A stretch of 64,000 nucleotides of DNA from Lingula anatina (taxonomy: Eukaryota > Animalia > Brachiopoda), in the NCBI GenBank assembly GCA_051362555.1, contig CM120645.1:18414001-18478000 (forward strand), given 5' to 3'. The first letter of the stretch is position 1; every line of letters starts with the position of its first letter. Both the position numbers and the translations under genes were made by a program. Shown in pieces: positions 1 to 12,332 of the stretch. The notes under the pieces are model-generated. The model was not told the DNA's origin, did not search any database, and saw only the letters and a program-made list of their open reading frames with translations.

Positions 1-712
1 ATGCTTTTTTTTTTTTTTTGTTTTTCCTTGTTAAAGACCTTGTCTCATGAACAACTATTAGGTAAACCTTACTGATATTGGTGATTGTGAAAAATAAAGG
101 TGCCGTATGACTTAATACAAATTTGCCTGCAGTTCTTCTGCATTTTTTCTAATTAAGTTTACATTGATTACATGCAAATTAATATGCTGTAAGAGACTTT
201 CATAAATAGACTTGAATTGAGCTGATGGTATTTTTATATCAAGTATAATCGTTTATTAACGTCAGTTTCAAGTATTTTGTTTTGGCGGAAGAAATTCATG
301 TAGGCCTAATGGGGGGGGGGGGGGGAGTGACATTATTAATATTGCAAATTTTCTATATGTGAAATCATATTAAAAGTAAACATGCAATAAATAAAATATG
401 CATACTGTATCTCCACGTAAGCAGTTGCATTGGTATGTATGTCTTTAAACATTATGTAATATAATTTTATGCACTTTCATCATTTTTCAAATATTTTGAT
501 TTTCATTATGTGAATTTGAACTCTCTTGGTCCTGAAACTGTAATCTTATTGCAGGGGCAGATTGAGACCATCTTCTGGACATCTGTGTCTGTACATAATG
601 ATACCTGGTGAATGCTTGCCAAATTATCCCAAAAATTTTTACTTTCACTCATTAAAATGGTTTTTACATTTGCAGTCACAAACACGCAACTCCAAGTTGT
701 AAACGGCAATTA

Positions 713-860
713 GGCTGCGTTCACATGAAAAATCTATTTTCTAAAAATCTAAAAATCTATTTGCGGTATCTTGTGATCGTGGTCTGTGCCCTGAATACCC
801 CACAGCATAATTACTGGCAGCGGGAGCCAGTTACTTCCAAAACTGTAATTAATTCTCGGC
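713..860 (+). mobile_element. Harbinger-like element left end fragment
   Basis: TTA|GGCTGCGTTCACATG terminus; homologous to 35907-36050. Confidence 0.55.
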
Positions 861-1442
861 GCTGCCAGTACATTTGATACATTGTTTTGAATACATAATC
901 ACAAGGCATGAAATGAATGTACTTTTAAAACAGATATGTTATAGTAACAATGTTGAATAGAGATAACTTAGCAATTAATGTTGTTTGAAAGTTTGTTAGT
1001 CAGATTATTCAGTTGTTGTTAGAATAAATTGTGATATTTACTACAGGAAAATATGTCTGTTAGACTGGTATGGGGTAAATTGGATGTTGGGAATCGATAT
1101 TTCTTTTAGAAAAATTCCCATTTTTCCTATACTTTTGCAATGTAATTCCTATTTTTTCCTATTTAAAATTTTTTTTCTTATTTTCCTATTTTCTGGAGCT
1201 CCGTTATAACTTGACGCCATGTACATTTCACCATGAACTGCACTTTTCAAATTTTCCCAACCTTACACCTCCATAACTGGCTGAGATACACCCATAGTTA
1301 CTTTTGAAGTTCACCTTCATACGTACGGCACCTTTCCCTGCAATACATAGAAATGCATACATACATGTGGGCATGCATGCATACATAGATACAATTGTCC
1401 ATACGAACCTACATTAATGTTACAATATTTGATTTATTTTAG

Positions 1443-1546
1443 GCAGATGCTGCAGACTATGAGCAAATGCCAATAGAAGAATATGGCCTTGCCATGTTAA
1501 GGGGAATGGGATGGAAGGAGGGAGAAGGGATTGGGAAAAATAAACA
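1443..1546 (+). CDS. GPKOW: GPKOW internal exon, G-patch domain ([34 protein letters not shown])
   Basis: ttttag acceptor, GTGAGT donor; translation has the G-patch motif [17 protein letters not shown]; ends in phase 2, matching the next exon. Confidence 0.93.
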
Positions 1547-1716
1547 GTGAGTAGTTGCTATATGCATCCCTTGTCCATCAGTATAATACTAGCCTTCTCC
1601 TGTCCATCATTCTAATACCGTGCTGATAATTCATTCAGTTTTAATTTGACGCAGTTTTGAAATCTCTTAACTGGATGTAAGATTATGTCTAATTGAAGAC
1701 ATTGTGTCTTCCTTAA

Positions 1717-1935
1717 CCCCATAACTATTGTTACAGCACCGGTGCAGTAGATTTTCTATAGGCCCAATACCACACCGGTGCGTATCTTTGAATGCATGGC
1801 TTCTGTACTCTATTGCATCGTGAGTCATGAAATGATATATTGTTGAACAACCGGATATGTTTCCTGTTTCTCACTGTTGCCATTTTTAAAGGACGATAGA
1901 CATATATATGAGGGAGAAAATGGCGATTTTCTAGA
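1717..1935. mobile_element. Truncated end of a related piggyBac-like element
   Basis: TTAA|CCCCATA terminus; inverted homology to about 26160-26397 (shared TCGTGAGTCATGAAATGATATA and CCGGATATGTTTC). Confidence 0.65.
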
Positions 1936-2443
1936 CTTGGTTCAGGCCTACCCAACTACCAGACGCGGCACCTACGGATCCTGAATAAACCGGTATATCA
2001 GACCACACTACCCGTTTTCAAGGTGTGTGTCAGATCGCATTACGGAGTATCAGCCACTTCACCCATTTTGCCTGGCGCGCGATGTGATAGCGATGATCCT
2101 AAGCGGGGTTGGCAAGTAGTGCACCGGATGACAGGAAGGCCTACAAAATTTGTGATGGGGTATGATACTCCATAGAATATTGTCAGCCCGACTGCCTCAT
2201 TGGTGGGTCAAGGGCCGGCGGCCGGCAATTTTCAGCATGTCTGAACAGGCATTGTTTACCTCAGTTTAATAAAAGTATGCAAGACAGGGTGTCAGCCGTT
2301 TAATAAAATAAATTGAATTTCACAAATAACATGGACCTCTTATGGAATAATCAACAGTATTTAATATCTTAATATATGTATTTAATGTCAGTGCCGTTAT
2401 TTAATCATTATGTAGTGAAAGTGGGTAATGTTTCCATTCACAC

Positions 2444-2754
2444 CTTTGGCTCTTGGTGATCCTCGGAGTGACCCGTAGGAGTCCAGCGAATAGGTTTTTG
2501 TCGACCGGTAGGTATTTCATAAAGTCACCATGTGAGTCCCTCTCAAGCTCTATGAAGAGCATATAGTACTGTCCAAAGAGTCTTCTCCTCTCTAACAAAG
2601 GTCTTACCCAGAATCACCTAGCTCTTGGATGTCTCTGTTTCTATCGCTGTTTGATTAAGGCCATCAAATCTAGGTCATGCTCATGTTCAGCAGTCTGAAG
2701 CTGGGCCAGGAGATTCAACGCCAGCATTCTCTGTGATGGGACTGGGCTCACCAT
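2444..2754 (-). pseudogene. PIF/Harbinger transposase N-terminal exon remnant; element end near 3187
   Basis: One frame reads MVSPV..IKQR*KQRHPRAR*FWVRPLLERRRLFGQY..ELERDSHGDFMKYL..RVTPRITK with two in-frame stops, resembling HARBI1/ALP1-type N-termini; terminus TGGGACCCAGGCT followed by TTA at 3188-3190. Confidence 0.7.
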
Positions 2755-3338
2755 CTTTGAATACCGCTGCTGATATAATGATCTCTTCAAACATGCACTG
2801 TTTTTATACCCTCTCAAAAAACATCTAAACATGCACAACTCGCATAAGGAGGACTAGCATCAAGCATAGGAAGTCAGCAAGGCTGCCTTATGTCCACTTG
2901 CATTGTTCTTGCGTTAACCTTACTCTTAGAATGGATAACGTACATGGTGCACGATGCTTGTACTTCGCATGCACTTTGCATGCACTTTGCATGCATGGAG
3001 CGCGTGGAACACGTGCGAAAGCCCATGCGGAGGCTGTGCTTCTCACGTACTTTCCGTGCACTTTCTCCTTGCGCACTCCTTGCAATCACCAATTACTTGA
3101 TTCCTTCCCTGCGATCTAGCTACATCCTAGCCGGACGCAAGGAACCTAATAAAACCGTGCGTCCAAAACGTAGTTGGGACCCAGGCTTTAGTTGGGCATG
3201 TTTTCTGAAGAATATGCTCCGTTCAGGCCATTCCAACGGATTGACGCAAAACCTTTCATGATCAGTGCTGCCCACTTCTAGGCCATTTATTGGTATAAAA
3301 GTTAATTGGAAAAAATGTTCACTATTCAACAGTAGCTA

Positions 3339-3353
3339 CACACACACACTCAC

Positions 3354-3401
<48 letters not shown>
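3339..3401. repeat. (CA)n microsatellite
   Basis: Direct reading. Confidence 0.95.
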
Positions 3402-3403
<2 letters not shown>

Positions 3404-6400
3404 TTTTGGCATGAAATGTTCTGCCTGTGCCATAGCTAATTTTAATTGTTTAATGGGGGCCCTTTCAACAGGCTGTCCTGCTCCAACATCTCTGGCATGT
3501 TTTCTGGCTTCTTTAAAGTTGTGTCTTATCAAGCCATGTATAAATTTCTGAAATTAAAAGCAGGAATATAATAACAGAAACAACCACAAAACACTCACAT
3601 TAGGTCACTCAATTTAGGTGGCGCAAGCTCATATAAGGTGGCGCAGCATTGAGATAAGGTGGCGCTCCACTACCTAAAAACAGGTCATGAGAAACTCTGG
3701 CATTATCTACTGTGCATGATTAAAATTTGATGGTGACTTTGCAGTATCCTATTTTGTGAATTATTTTCTGCTTTTTGTCTTTATATTTGGCAGCTTTGCT
3801 GTCTATTTTTTTGCGATGCATTTGTATAAAATTGCTTGAGCTAACGAAATCAATGTTTGAGGCGGGGGGGGGGGGGGGAGTTAAAAACAGACAGTGACTG
3901 AAGATATGAAAGGTTGAGTTGTTAAACTGATTTGTTTGAGATTCTTTCTTTATAATAAATGCAGAAGTAAAGATTGTTTCAGATTTTGAGTCATCAGAAT
4001 GTGTTTGATGAAGTAATCAGAAATTGTACTATTCTATCTAAGCCCCACTCAGAATGAAGTTTTCTGAATTAGATATGAATAGGACAGCGTATTTTATAAC
4101 ATGTTTGCACATTTTTGTTTAGGTTACATTGATTTCATGGTATTTTTAAAGGCAATAAATGAAGAATTGCATTGCGTCAACCAAGGTTTTAGTTTCTGCA
4201 GAACTGTGTGTATGAACAAATTGAATCATACCAATGGCAGTTAACATGGGTGTCTTCTGAGAAGTGAATGTGAAATTGTCTGTACTTTTGACACAAATGC
4301 CCAGAGGATAGAATTGATACCTAGAATTAATTTCTTGATTGTGTTGCAAGAGTATCCTACAGAAGCAAACACCTTGTTAAAGCAACTGTTTTGCCAGTGA
4401 TTGACGTCAGTGAGGCAGAATTAGCTCAGTTCACTGCTGCTAACACAAATGGGACAAGTGTGCTACCTCATGTTGAGCATACAGGATTGCTAAATAAAAT
4501 AACCCAGCACAAGTGTCCTACCTGTGGGCTGCTGTGTTTGCGAGATGATGCATCAGTAAGGCAGCAGAAAAAAGTTGAAGTGATAATCATTACCAGGCAT
4601 ACTGATGTCTTGTATGTTGGTTATACACTGTCATGACTCTAAGGTCTTAGTTGAGATAGTGTGAAGCTATTTATTATGCAGAGCAAACAAAATGTCACGT
4701 GGTAAAACATGTGCTTAGATGTTGAAGTAAGAGAGAGTAGAAAAACTGTATGGAACTCAAAGGGTTTGAAAAACTGAGACAGATTTATTCCCAACTTTTA
4801 AAGTGTTTCAAATTATTCTCAGTATTTCTGTGATCATGGAATTATAATTGGGATGGCAATGAAACACCTGGAGGGCTATTTTTTGCTGTGTTATGGGGCT
4901 GGACAAAGGATACGGGTTACAGGCCAAAATGATGGGGGAGGGGGGGGGGAGATCCAAAGAGTAAGTATAATCTGTTAACTTGCCAGAACATGTAAGAACA
5001 AACAGGTACAAACCAGGTTGAAGATTGCTCAACTTTCTTGTTGGTGAAAGGAGAGAGTTTATTTTAGCGTAGTACAATATAGTTGAGAGTGACAATGATG
5101 TCATAGAGACAGAGGACGGTGTAAATTAGTTTTTTATTCTGAAAAAATAGCAAATGCTGTTGATAAGGGTGTCTCTTTTTCAAGGGGAAAGTCTTAATTT
5201 TCCTGAACTGAACTGAAAAAGTGCCACAATAAAAAAGTAAATAAAAACCTTGACCACCTATTACACTTATATACATGAATGCACTATATCAAACTACATT
5301 GACAGTATGCATGGTTTTAGTCCTGACCCGTCTCATCTGCCCCATCCATTGGGTCCTCCTAGACTGCCAGGGCCTGTGTCCCCATCTCTAGGATTTAGGT
5401 CACATATAATGTCAACTCAATCCACCTAAATTTTGGGCTCTGTCAATGCACTGTTCTAAGTATGCCGTTCATTACAGTGCACTGGTCCAAATTTTAGAAA
5501 ATTTGATATCTAAATATCTCCCAAACCGAAGGAATTATGCTAAAAGTTACTATAGAAATCTGACCAAAAGTCTTATATGGAGTTTCCAAATATGCCCATT
5601 GATTTGACCTTTGGCCTTTATTTCAAGATCAACATTCCACAATTTTTAAAAATGGGAATTTTCGTTTCATTCTTTTAAGGCAATGAAACGATAGACCACC
5701 GTAGGTATTGGACTATATTGAACTTAATAATAAAATGGCATCATTTCAAATACTAACATGCATTAAACTTGTATTTATGGCAAGGTGTATTGAACATGGT
5801 GAAATGAACATGGCAAAATGAACAGCTTTCATGGGTTTGGCTTCTGGGTGTCAACTACATACTTTTGCTCTGAACTTGGCTCTGTGTAGCGCAGTTAAAC
5901 AGGAGAGTGGCCTTGAATCTGGTGTAGGAATGGATGTTTGCCACATGCATAATACCTGTATTAAAAAATTATACCAGTATATTTGTATGCATATTGAGGG
6001 ACATCCCAGAATTCCACACGTAGGGGAGAAATGTTGAGAAGTTGAGATGAAAAAAAATGCTTCTCTTTTTTTTCTTAAGTGATCTTAAAAACCTATCATT
6101 GGATCTTTATTTTCTCAACTGTTTCGTGTGAGGTTTGCCTTGCGGTTCAAGAGAAAATAGGCAAAGTTTCAGAGAAAATCCATTTTTATGGTATATAAAA
6201 TTCTATATCGGTAAGACGCTCTTTAAGTATTATTGCATCAGAATTGACAGTAACCTATTTTGTGCATCATCATTTCTGCTTGTTGTCTGTACATTTGACA
6301 GCTTTGCTGCCTTGTTTTTACTTGTCATGAGTCAAGATTTATTTTTAACCATTTGCCATAAATAGTTTAAAAACTTACCACTACATATTTCATTTATCAT

Positions 6401-6508
6401 AATTCAGTTATTATGTTGTCAGCACATGGAAATCCTGGAAAAGGAAAGTGTTTTATTTAACTGCATGCATTTCACATTTATTAGAAGGCATACATTTGTA
6501 CATTTCAG

Positions 6509-6710
6509 AATAGTGACTCCAGTGGATGCCATTGTGCGCCCTAAGGGGATGGGCCTGGGTGCTGATCACAGCCAGATTTTACAAATGCCTGGAGGGAAAG
6601 AAAAAAAGAGAAAACCTGGAGATGCAAAAGAAGAGGAAGAAAAACTGGCTTATGTGAAGGGAGCTGGTGGGGTTGTCTTATGGGGACCACATAAAGAATT
6701 GTATGGAAAG
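6509..6710 (+). CDS. GPKOW: GPKOW exon, end of G-patch (RPKGMGLGA) to start of first KOW motif (GPHKELYGK)
   Basis: tttcag acceptor, GTAATT donor; phase 2 in, phase 0 out; RPKGxGLGA is the G-patch C-terminal motif. Confidence 0.93.
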
Positions 6711-9077
6711 GTAATTTAAAAATTTAATCTTTCCTAATGTACTTATATTGAAATTATTGCATGAAGGTTGCAAAGCATCTTTTTCTTCTTTTTGTCTTTT
6801 GTCACTAACCATGGACAGCAGGGTAGTTCTAGACACTTTTTCTGATAGTCTACCAAATCAGTTATTATAGGTGCCTATGTGCATTTCATTTAGTTACTTA
6901 TTATTTTTAAAACTTGTGGAGGTGATTCATAGGACTGAAATACAGCTTGAGTATGATAATACTGATTATCACAATCCACCTTTTATCAGGGCCACCAATT
7001 AAAAATGAGCACTTTTCTTCAACATGACCCTCTCTTTTGGAAGTCTGGAAGCAATTATTTCTGCAGATGACATTGTATTCACTCTGCAGTAGCTTGGCTC
7101 AGAGACCATGTGCTTAAAACTTGTTATGCAACCTTCGCTTCTCTGTCTGGTAACCATGTCACATGGTTTGCACACTTGGCTGTCACAGATGTTGAACATA
7201 ATATATAAGGAATCTGAGGTGCATTTCTTAGTTTGTCGAAGGCTTCGAAGGCGTTGTAAGTCAAAAGTCCCTTTTTTCATGGGGATTCCCCCCCTCCCCC
7301 TCAAAAGAAAAAAAAAATGCTTGAATGTCCTTTTGGTAGATTCTACACTTCCACTTGCCAATCCTGCACTGGGAAAATAATCATACACATGCTTTCATTT
7401 TGTCACATTTATAACATAATGATAGGAGGAGAGAAAAAGAATAGGTGCCAGTCAGATTCCAAATGCCTATGCATGTGGTTGCAGACTGGTCTGGTAATTT
7501 GAAAGAACAAAATTAACTTAAATTGAAAATGGACTTATTACTGGTATGTAAATTATTTTCAACTGAAAAGTCTAAAAGTGGCATGGAAATAATTACACCT
7601 GCAAAAAAAAAAAAAAAAAAAAAGCAAATTTCAAGCATTTTGGAGAAATGTTTTCTGTGATTTTTGTTTCATTGACATCTAAAGGTTACAGTGGAGATCA
7701 GTTAAGGCAAATCATGCAATTAAAGACCTTAAAAATGACCTGGCTCGCAGTTATTATTGGAAAGTCTTTTATTTTCCTCCTTTAACTTATTTTGGGATAT
7801 ATTAATTGAATGCCATCGATGCTTGGGCATTTTTAAATGCTCAGAAGTTTGAGGAATTTTAGGGGGACTACAGTCTGAGCAGTATAAAATCTGCAGCTGG
7901 CAAAGGCACGAAATGGGTTTTAGGTTAAAAAAAGTTTACAACTTTTTCACATATTAATATTTTCAAGGAGGGTCTTTAAACATCCATGAGCCTTCAGCCC
8001 TTTGCTTCTTAAATTTTCTAACTGCCCATGTTACCTGTGGTGCCTATTAAAAATGGAAGTGATTAGTGTTAAACATTATGTTAAATTACATCAAAATTGA
8101 GAAAAAAAACCTATGTAGTGCATTGCCACAGTACTTACAGGAATGATTCTCATACCTGAAATAAAGCCCGTGTTGCAAAACAATCGGGAGTAACATTTTT
8201 TTTGAAAGTAATTTTTTTGTGAATTAAAACTTTAAACATACTGACATTTGCAGTATGTGATATTCAAATCTCCAATGGCCCTGAAGCGCTTTACTCGTTG
8301 CATTTTTTATATGTCCTTGTTACTTTTAACACAGGTGGTGATAATGCACTATTGAAAAATACCTATTTTGTGCGGTACCACCATAAGCAGATTAAAGAAA
8401 AACTATGTTACTTATTATGCAAGAAACTGAAAGACTTTCTTTGGAATTAAATATATCATTAGTTGGAAAACCAGCAAAAGCTATGCAGTTTTTTGTGTGA
8501 AATGTTCCTTTTCACTGTTCATTTTTGGATATATATGCTAGTGACAGGATGGTTAACGGGTTAGTTACAAGCCAGTGGTACTTTCTGAAAAATCAGTGGC
8601 AAATGCTGTAGCTGAATTTGACAGCAGTACACATCTGAGAAGGAACAACTTGAGAGAATAAGATGCAAAACCTATGGTATCCTCCCATATTCTGCTGCCT
8701 ATTAGTGTCAGATATCAGTAAAACCTTACCAGATTTAGAAACAATGACTGTTTTGTGAGATCACAAACACATGTTGGATTCTAAATTTAAACCTTCAAAA
8801 GCAAAGAGGAAATGGGGCATCTCTGGTAGAGCCTTGATAGCTGTCAAGTTTTAGAAAGGCATGTGGTTTGTGAAATTATTCAGTAATATAAAAGCATGCA
8901 AGCTACGGTATTCCCTGACACAGTTTTTGCTTCTGTAAAAAGGAGTTCAACTAAGCCATATGTATTCACTTCTGACCTCAAAATGCAATGTATAAAATAA
9001 ATGAGCAAAAATGTTTATCAGCTTGGTAGTTAGATCATAAATGAAAATTATCAAACACAAGCCGAAATATTTTCATA

Positions 9078-9121
9078 CCGTTAGCTTACGACCAACCTGG
9101 GCGAAGGCCTTCATCAGACTG
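9078..9121 (-). ncRNA. Degenerate minimal hammerhead ribozyme motif (Penelope/retrozyme-like remnant)
   Basis: Minus strand CAGU-CUGAUGA-A-GGCC..GGUC-GUAA-GC-UA-ACGG; stem II pairs, but the core GAAA reads GUAA. Confidence 0.4.
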
Positions 9122-9630
9122 ATGTGAGTAGATGGGGGGGTGGGGGTGGGGGGGGCGATCTACCTGACATTTATAACAGGGTCCTGGCTGCTATACCAAT
9201 ACCCAACAGTTGTTATCTCTTTAATTCAAACTCAAAAACAGTATAAAAGATAATCTCAAAGATACAAAAAATGTTGATTTAATTGAATCAGTTTATGTAT
9301 GTTGAAAGTTGACCAAAATAGAAGTAATTGCATATGTTGAATTCCGCAGTCCATTGTTGCTCATTGATACTGTTATTTCCTAGCGGGGGTCTTAGCACCA
9401 AATTTTCCATGGCACTTAAATAAATAGCTATTTTTGTCAGATTTACTGCATTGTTCACCTGTTAGTTGTTAATTCATGGGGAATATTCTGAAAGTGCCTG
9501 AATTCACACTAGCAAAAATGGCCTTTTCTTAAGTGATCTCTATAATTTGATATTAATTATTCTCTAACCACAGAGACTGCTAGTAGTCTGTTACAGAATT
9601 ATTGTATCAACCCCATTATCATTGTATCAT

Positions 9631-9885
9631 CCCTGTTCCCATACCTAGATTGATTTAGCAGGATTGACCCATCTGCAAGGGGTTTCTTGCTAAATTGCTT
9701 TCAGCTTAATTAAGCGACTCTGAAGTCTGGCACACCTACTGAATCTGTTAGGGGTAATAAACTATCGTTTAACAGCTCCAGTAGGCTTGCCAGACATCTA
9801 AGCTGCTTAAGCTGAAAGCAACTTAGGGAGAAACCCCTTGGATATGGGTCGATCCTGTTAGATTTATCTAGGTGTGGGAATGGGG
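9631..9885. mobile_element. Palindromic MITE
   Basis: Long imperfect arms (TTCCCATACCTAGAT / ATCTAGGTGTGGGAA; TTGCTTTCAGCTTAA / TTAAGCTGAAAGCAA); related to MITEs at 58511 and 59251. Confidence 0.7.
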
Positions 9886-10130
9886 TCTCGGAACTTGTAG
9901 GAATTGATTTGATCAAAAGGAAAGCATTCCCTGCCAGATGTAATTTGTACTTGTCAGGTGTTGAATAGCCCATCCCTGTCAGTGTTTTGTAATTCAAGGT
10001 CAAGCATAATGAAATGTGAAATAACTATTCACCATGAACTGAACTTTGCATATTTTCCCTTATAACTCCAAAACTGGCAGAAATACGCCCATAGTCACTA
10101 TTGAAAATAAATTGCTTTTTCTTCCCAAAC

Positions 10131-11127
10131 TTTTTATTGCTTGCAAGCCCTATACATAGTCTATCTGAAGGTGTTTACGACATATCCTACCTACTGTTTG
10201 GTTTCATCCAGAATAGACCTTTCTTTAAATTCTTCAAAAATCCCCCCCCCCCCCCCCCCCCCTAGTTACGAGCATGACAAATCAATCAGCAAGGACAAGT
10301 CTGTTAAATTAACACAAATTGTATATCTATAAGCACTATGATTGTCATCGGGGACAAAGGAAATGACAAGTACATTTCGCTTCCTGATTACATCTTCAAT
10401 TATTTGTTTCTTCCTCATTGACAAGAGCTATTGAAAGGACAACAATTGACAAAGGGCCGAGGCATACAGCATCTATTTCACTGGCTTGAAAATTTACCGA
10501 GTCTTGGCAATGATGTGGTTGAACAATCGGAACAAGAAAAAAATTCTGTCACATGATTTTGACGTTTGGACTAAATGTTTGAGCCCAGAAAAAATTAATT
10601 TTATAATATAATTTTTTTGGTCGGATTGATTGGCAGATTACAATATTGAACTTGAATAGGAAATCATATATTGACAGTCTTCCTGTGACCTTGAATTTGA
10701 CCTTTGACTTACTTTTTACCATGAACTGAACTTGGCAAATTTCCTGACCTTGTATCTACAAAACTGACAGAGATATGCCTATATTTACAATTGAACTTGA
10801 ATAGGAACTCATATATTGACAGTCTACCTGGGACCTTGAATTTGAACTTCGGCCATGAACCACACTTAGCTTATATTCAAGCTTTTATATTTACTATTGA
10901 ACTTGGATGGAAAGTCTTATATTCACAATTTTCTCGCAACCTTGGATTTGACCTTTTACTTTTCCCCAGGAATTTTTTATAAATTGTAATTTTCTATAAA
11001 AAAAAATAAATAAATAACTAAAATAAAAAATTGAGAACTCTAGTTTATTGCATTTCATAAAGCTTGTTAAGCACAATACTATAGGTGGTGACTTTTTTCC
11101 ATAGGAATGTGCTTACTCCAGCTGGTT
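10131..11127 (+). repeat. Second dispersed repeat family, possibly HINE-like, with degenerate tandem TGACCTT-rich units
   Basis: TTGAACTTGAATAGGAA.TCATATATTGACAGTCT repeated at about 10646 and 10791, partial third copy near 10897; related pieces at about 1230-1320 and 10030-10105; boundaries approximate. Confidence 0.45.
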
Positions 11128-11565
11128 GTACAATATCTGGAGATGGTATCACCTCTCTGATCTCTAGTTGAATAATTAGATGCAGAAAAAAAACTCTTTT
11201 TTGGTATCTGGATGATGATAAAGGCTTACAATACCCTTAATGGAAATATACAGAACATTTCTAAAATTTTTAAACCACAGGAAGCCACTTTTTGCATAAT
11301 GAGCTCAGCTTGGGGCACAAACAAGAAGTGAATTATGTCTTTTTCTGTGCTTTATTCTCTTTTGTTTTATGATAAATGGCAGAAACTTTTTCTAGGAAGA
11401 AAGGGAACTTAGCACAATAACAATAGTCTTTGCAGGGAAACAAGCAAGCAGTTATGTTTTTAAGACTGTTGTTGAATAATGATCCTTATTTGTTGTATTT
11501 TCATCAAAAAAGTAGTTTGCATGTAAGTTGCACATAAAAAAAGAAGTCTTGGAGATATTGTGCTG

Positions 11566-12076
11566 GCCCCCGTTTCATAAAGAATCTTAAAACAGTAGGT
11601 GACTAGCTCTAGCTGAGTGACCTAGTTAGGTCGACTACGCTGCAGTCGACTAGGGGTGTTTTACAAAGAATCTAATGTCCTCGGTGTGCTTACTGTTGTC
11701 GACAGGACATTCATGGCCTCTTTTGGCTGAGAATGATCATTTATCAACTATAAAAATCAGTCAAAACATAAACAAAGATTGTTTTTGAACTTTATCGATT
11801 AGTTTAACTTCAATACAACTTCAAAGTAACAGTAAAACATTAGCTTGTCCTAGACACTGCTGTCGGATGTCTCAAAAACATAAACAAACCCCCAATCGGC
11901 TGGGTGAAGTCCCGAGGAGGCTAGACATCATTGACTAGCAGCTGAGAAAAAAACTGTGTAAGCGACCTTTTAGATTCTTCGAGAAATGGGACTTAGTGAC
12001 ATAAGGACTTTATTACGTTGTTAATCAAGCTCTTAGTCTGGGAACCCGACTTAAGTTTTTTTTCCGAAATGGGGGC
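11566..12076. mobile_element. MITE with CTG target duplication (PHIS/NuwaI-like)
   Basis: CTG|GCCCCCGTTTC ... GAAATGGGGGC|CTG. Confidence 0.65.
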
Positions 12077-12079
12077 CTG

Positions 12080-12332
12080 GTCCTGTTTTACCATACTTAA
12101 GCCCAAAACTGGTCTAAACTTTTAGAACAAAATTTTAGTCTAGTTTTAAAAAGATAAGCCAATACCAGTCCAATTTAAAGAAATATTTCACCTGTTTATA
12201 ACAAGGAAGATGTGAGTAATGTTTCAATATTTATTTAAGGAGACTATGAATTTATCTTGAACTGAAGTAGACAATTTTATTTCTAAAAGTTTAGACCAAT
12301 TTTATGCTATTATTCTTTTATTAAACCAGCCC
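12080..12332. mobile_element. Second adjacent MITE with CTG flanks
   Basis: Perfect internal inverted repeat GGTCTAAACTTTTAGAA (12111-12127) / TTCTAAAAGTTTAGACC (12281-12297); degenerate TIRs. Confidence 0.55.

Noticed and set aside
3965-4005. Hammerhead-like CUGAUGA...GAAA on the minus strand
   Set aside because: The intervening CUCAAAAUCU cannot form stem II and there is no convincing stem I
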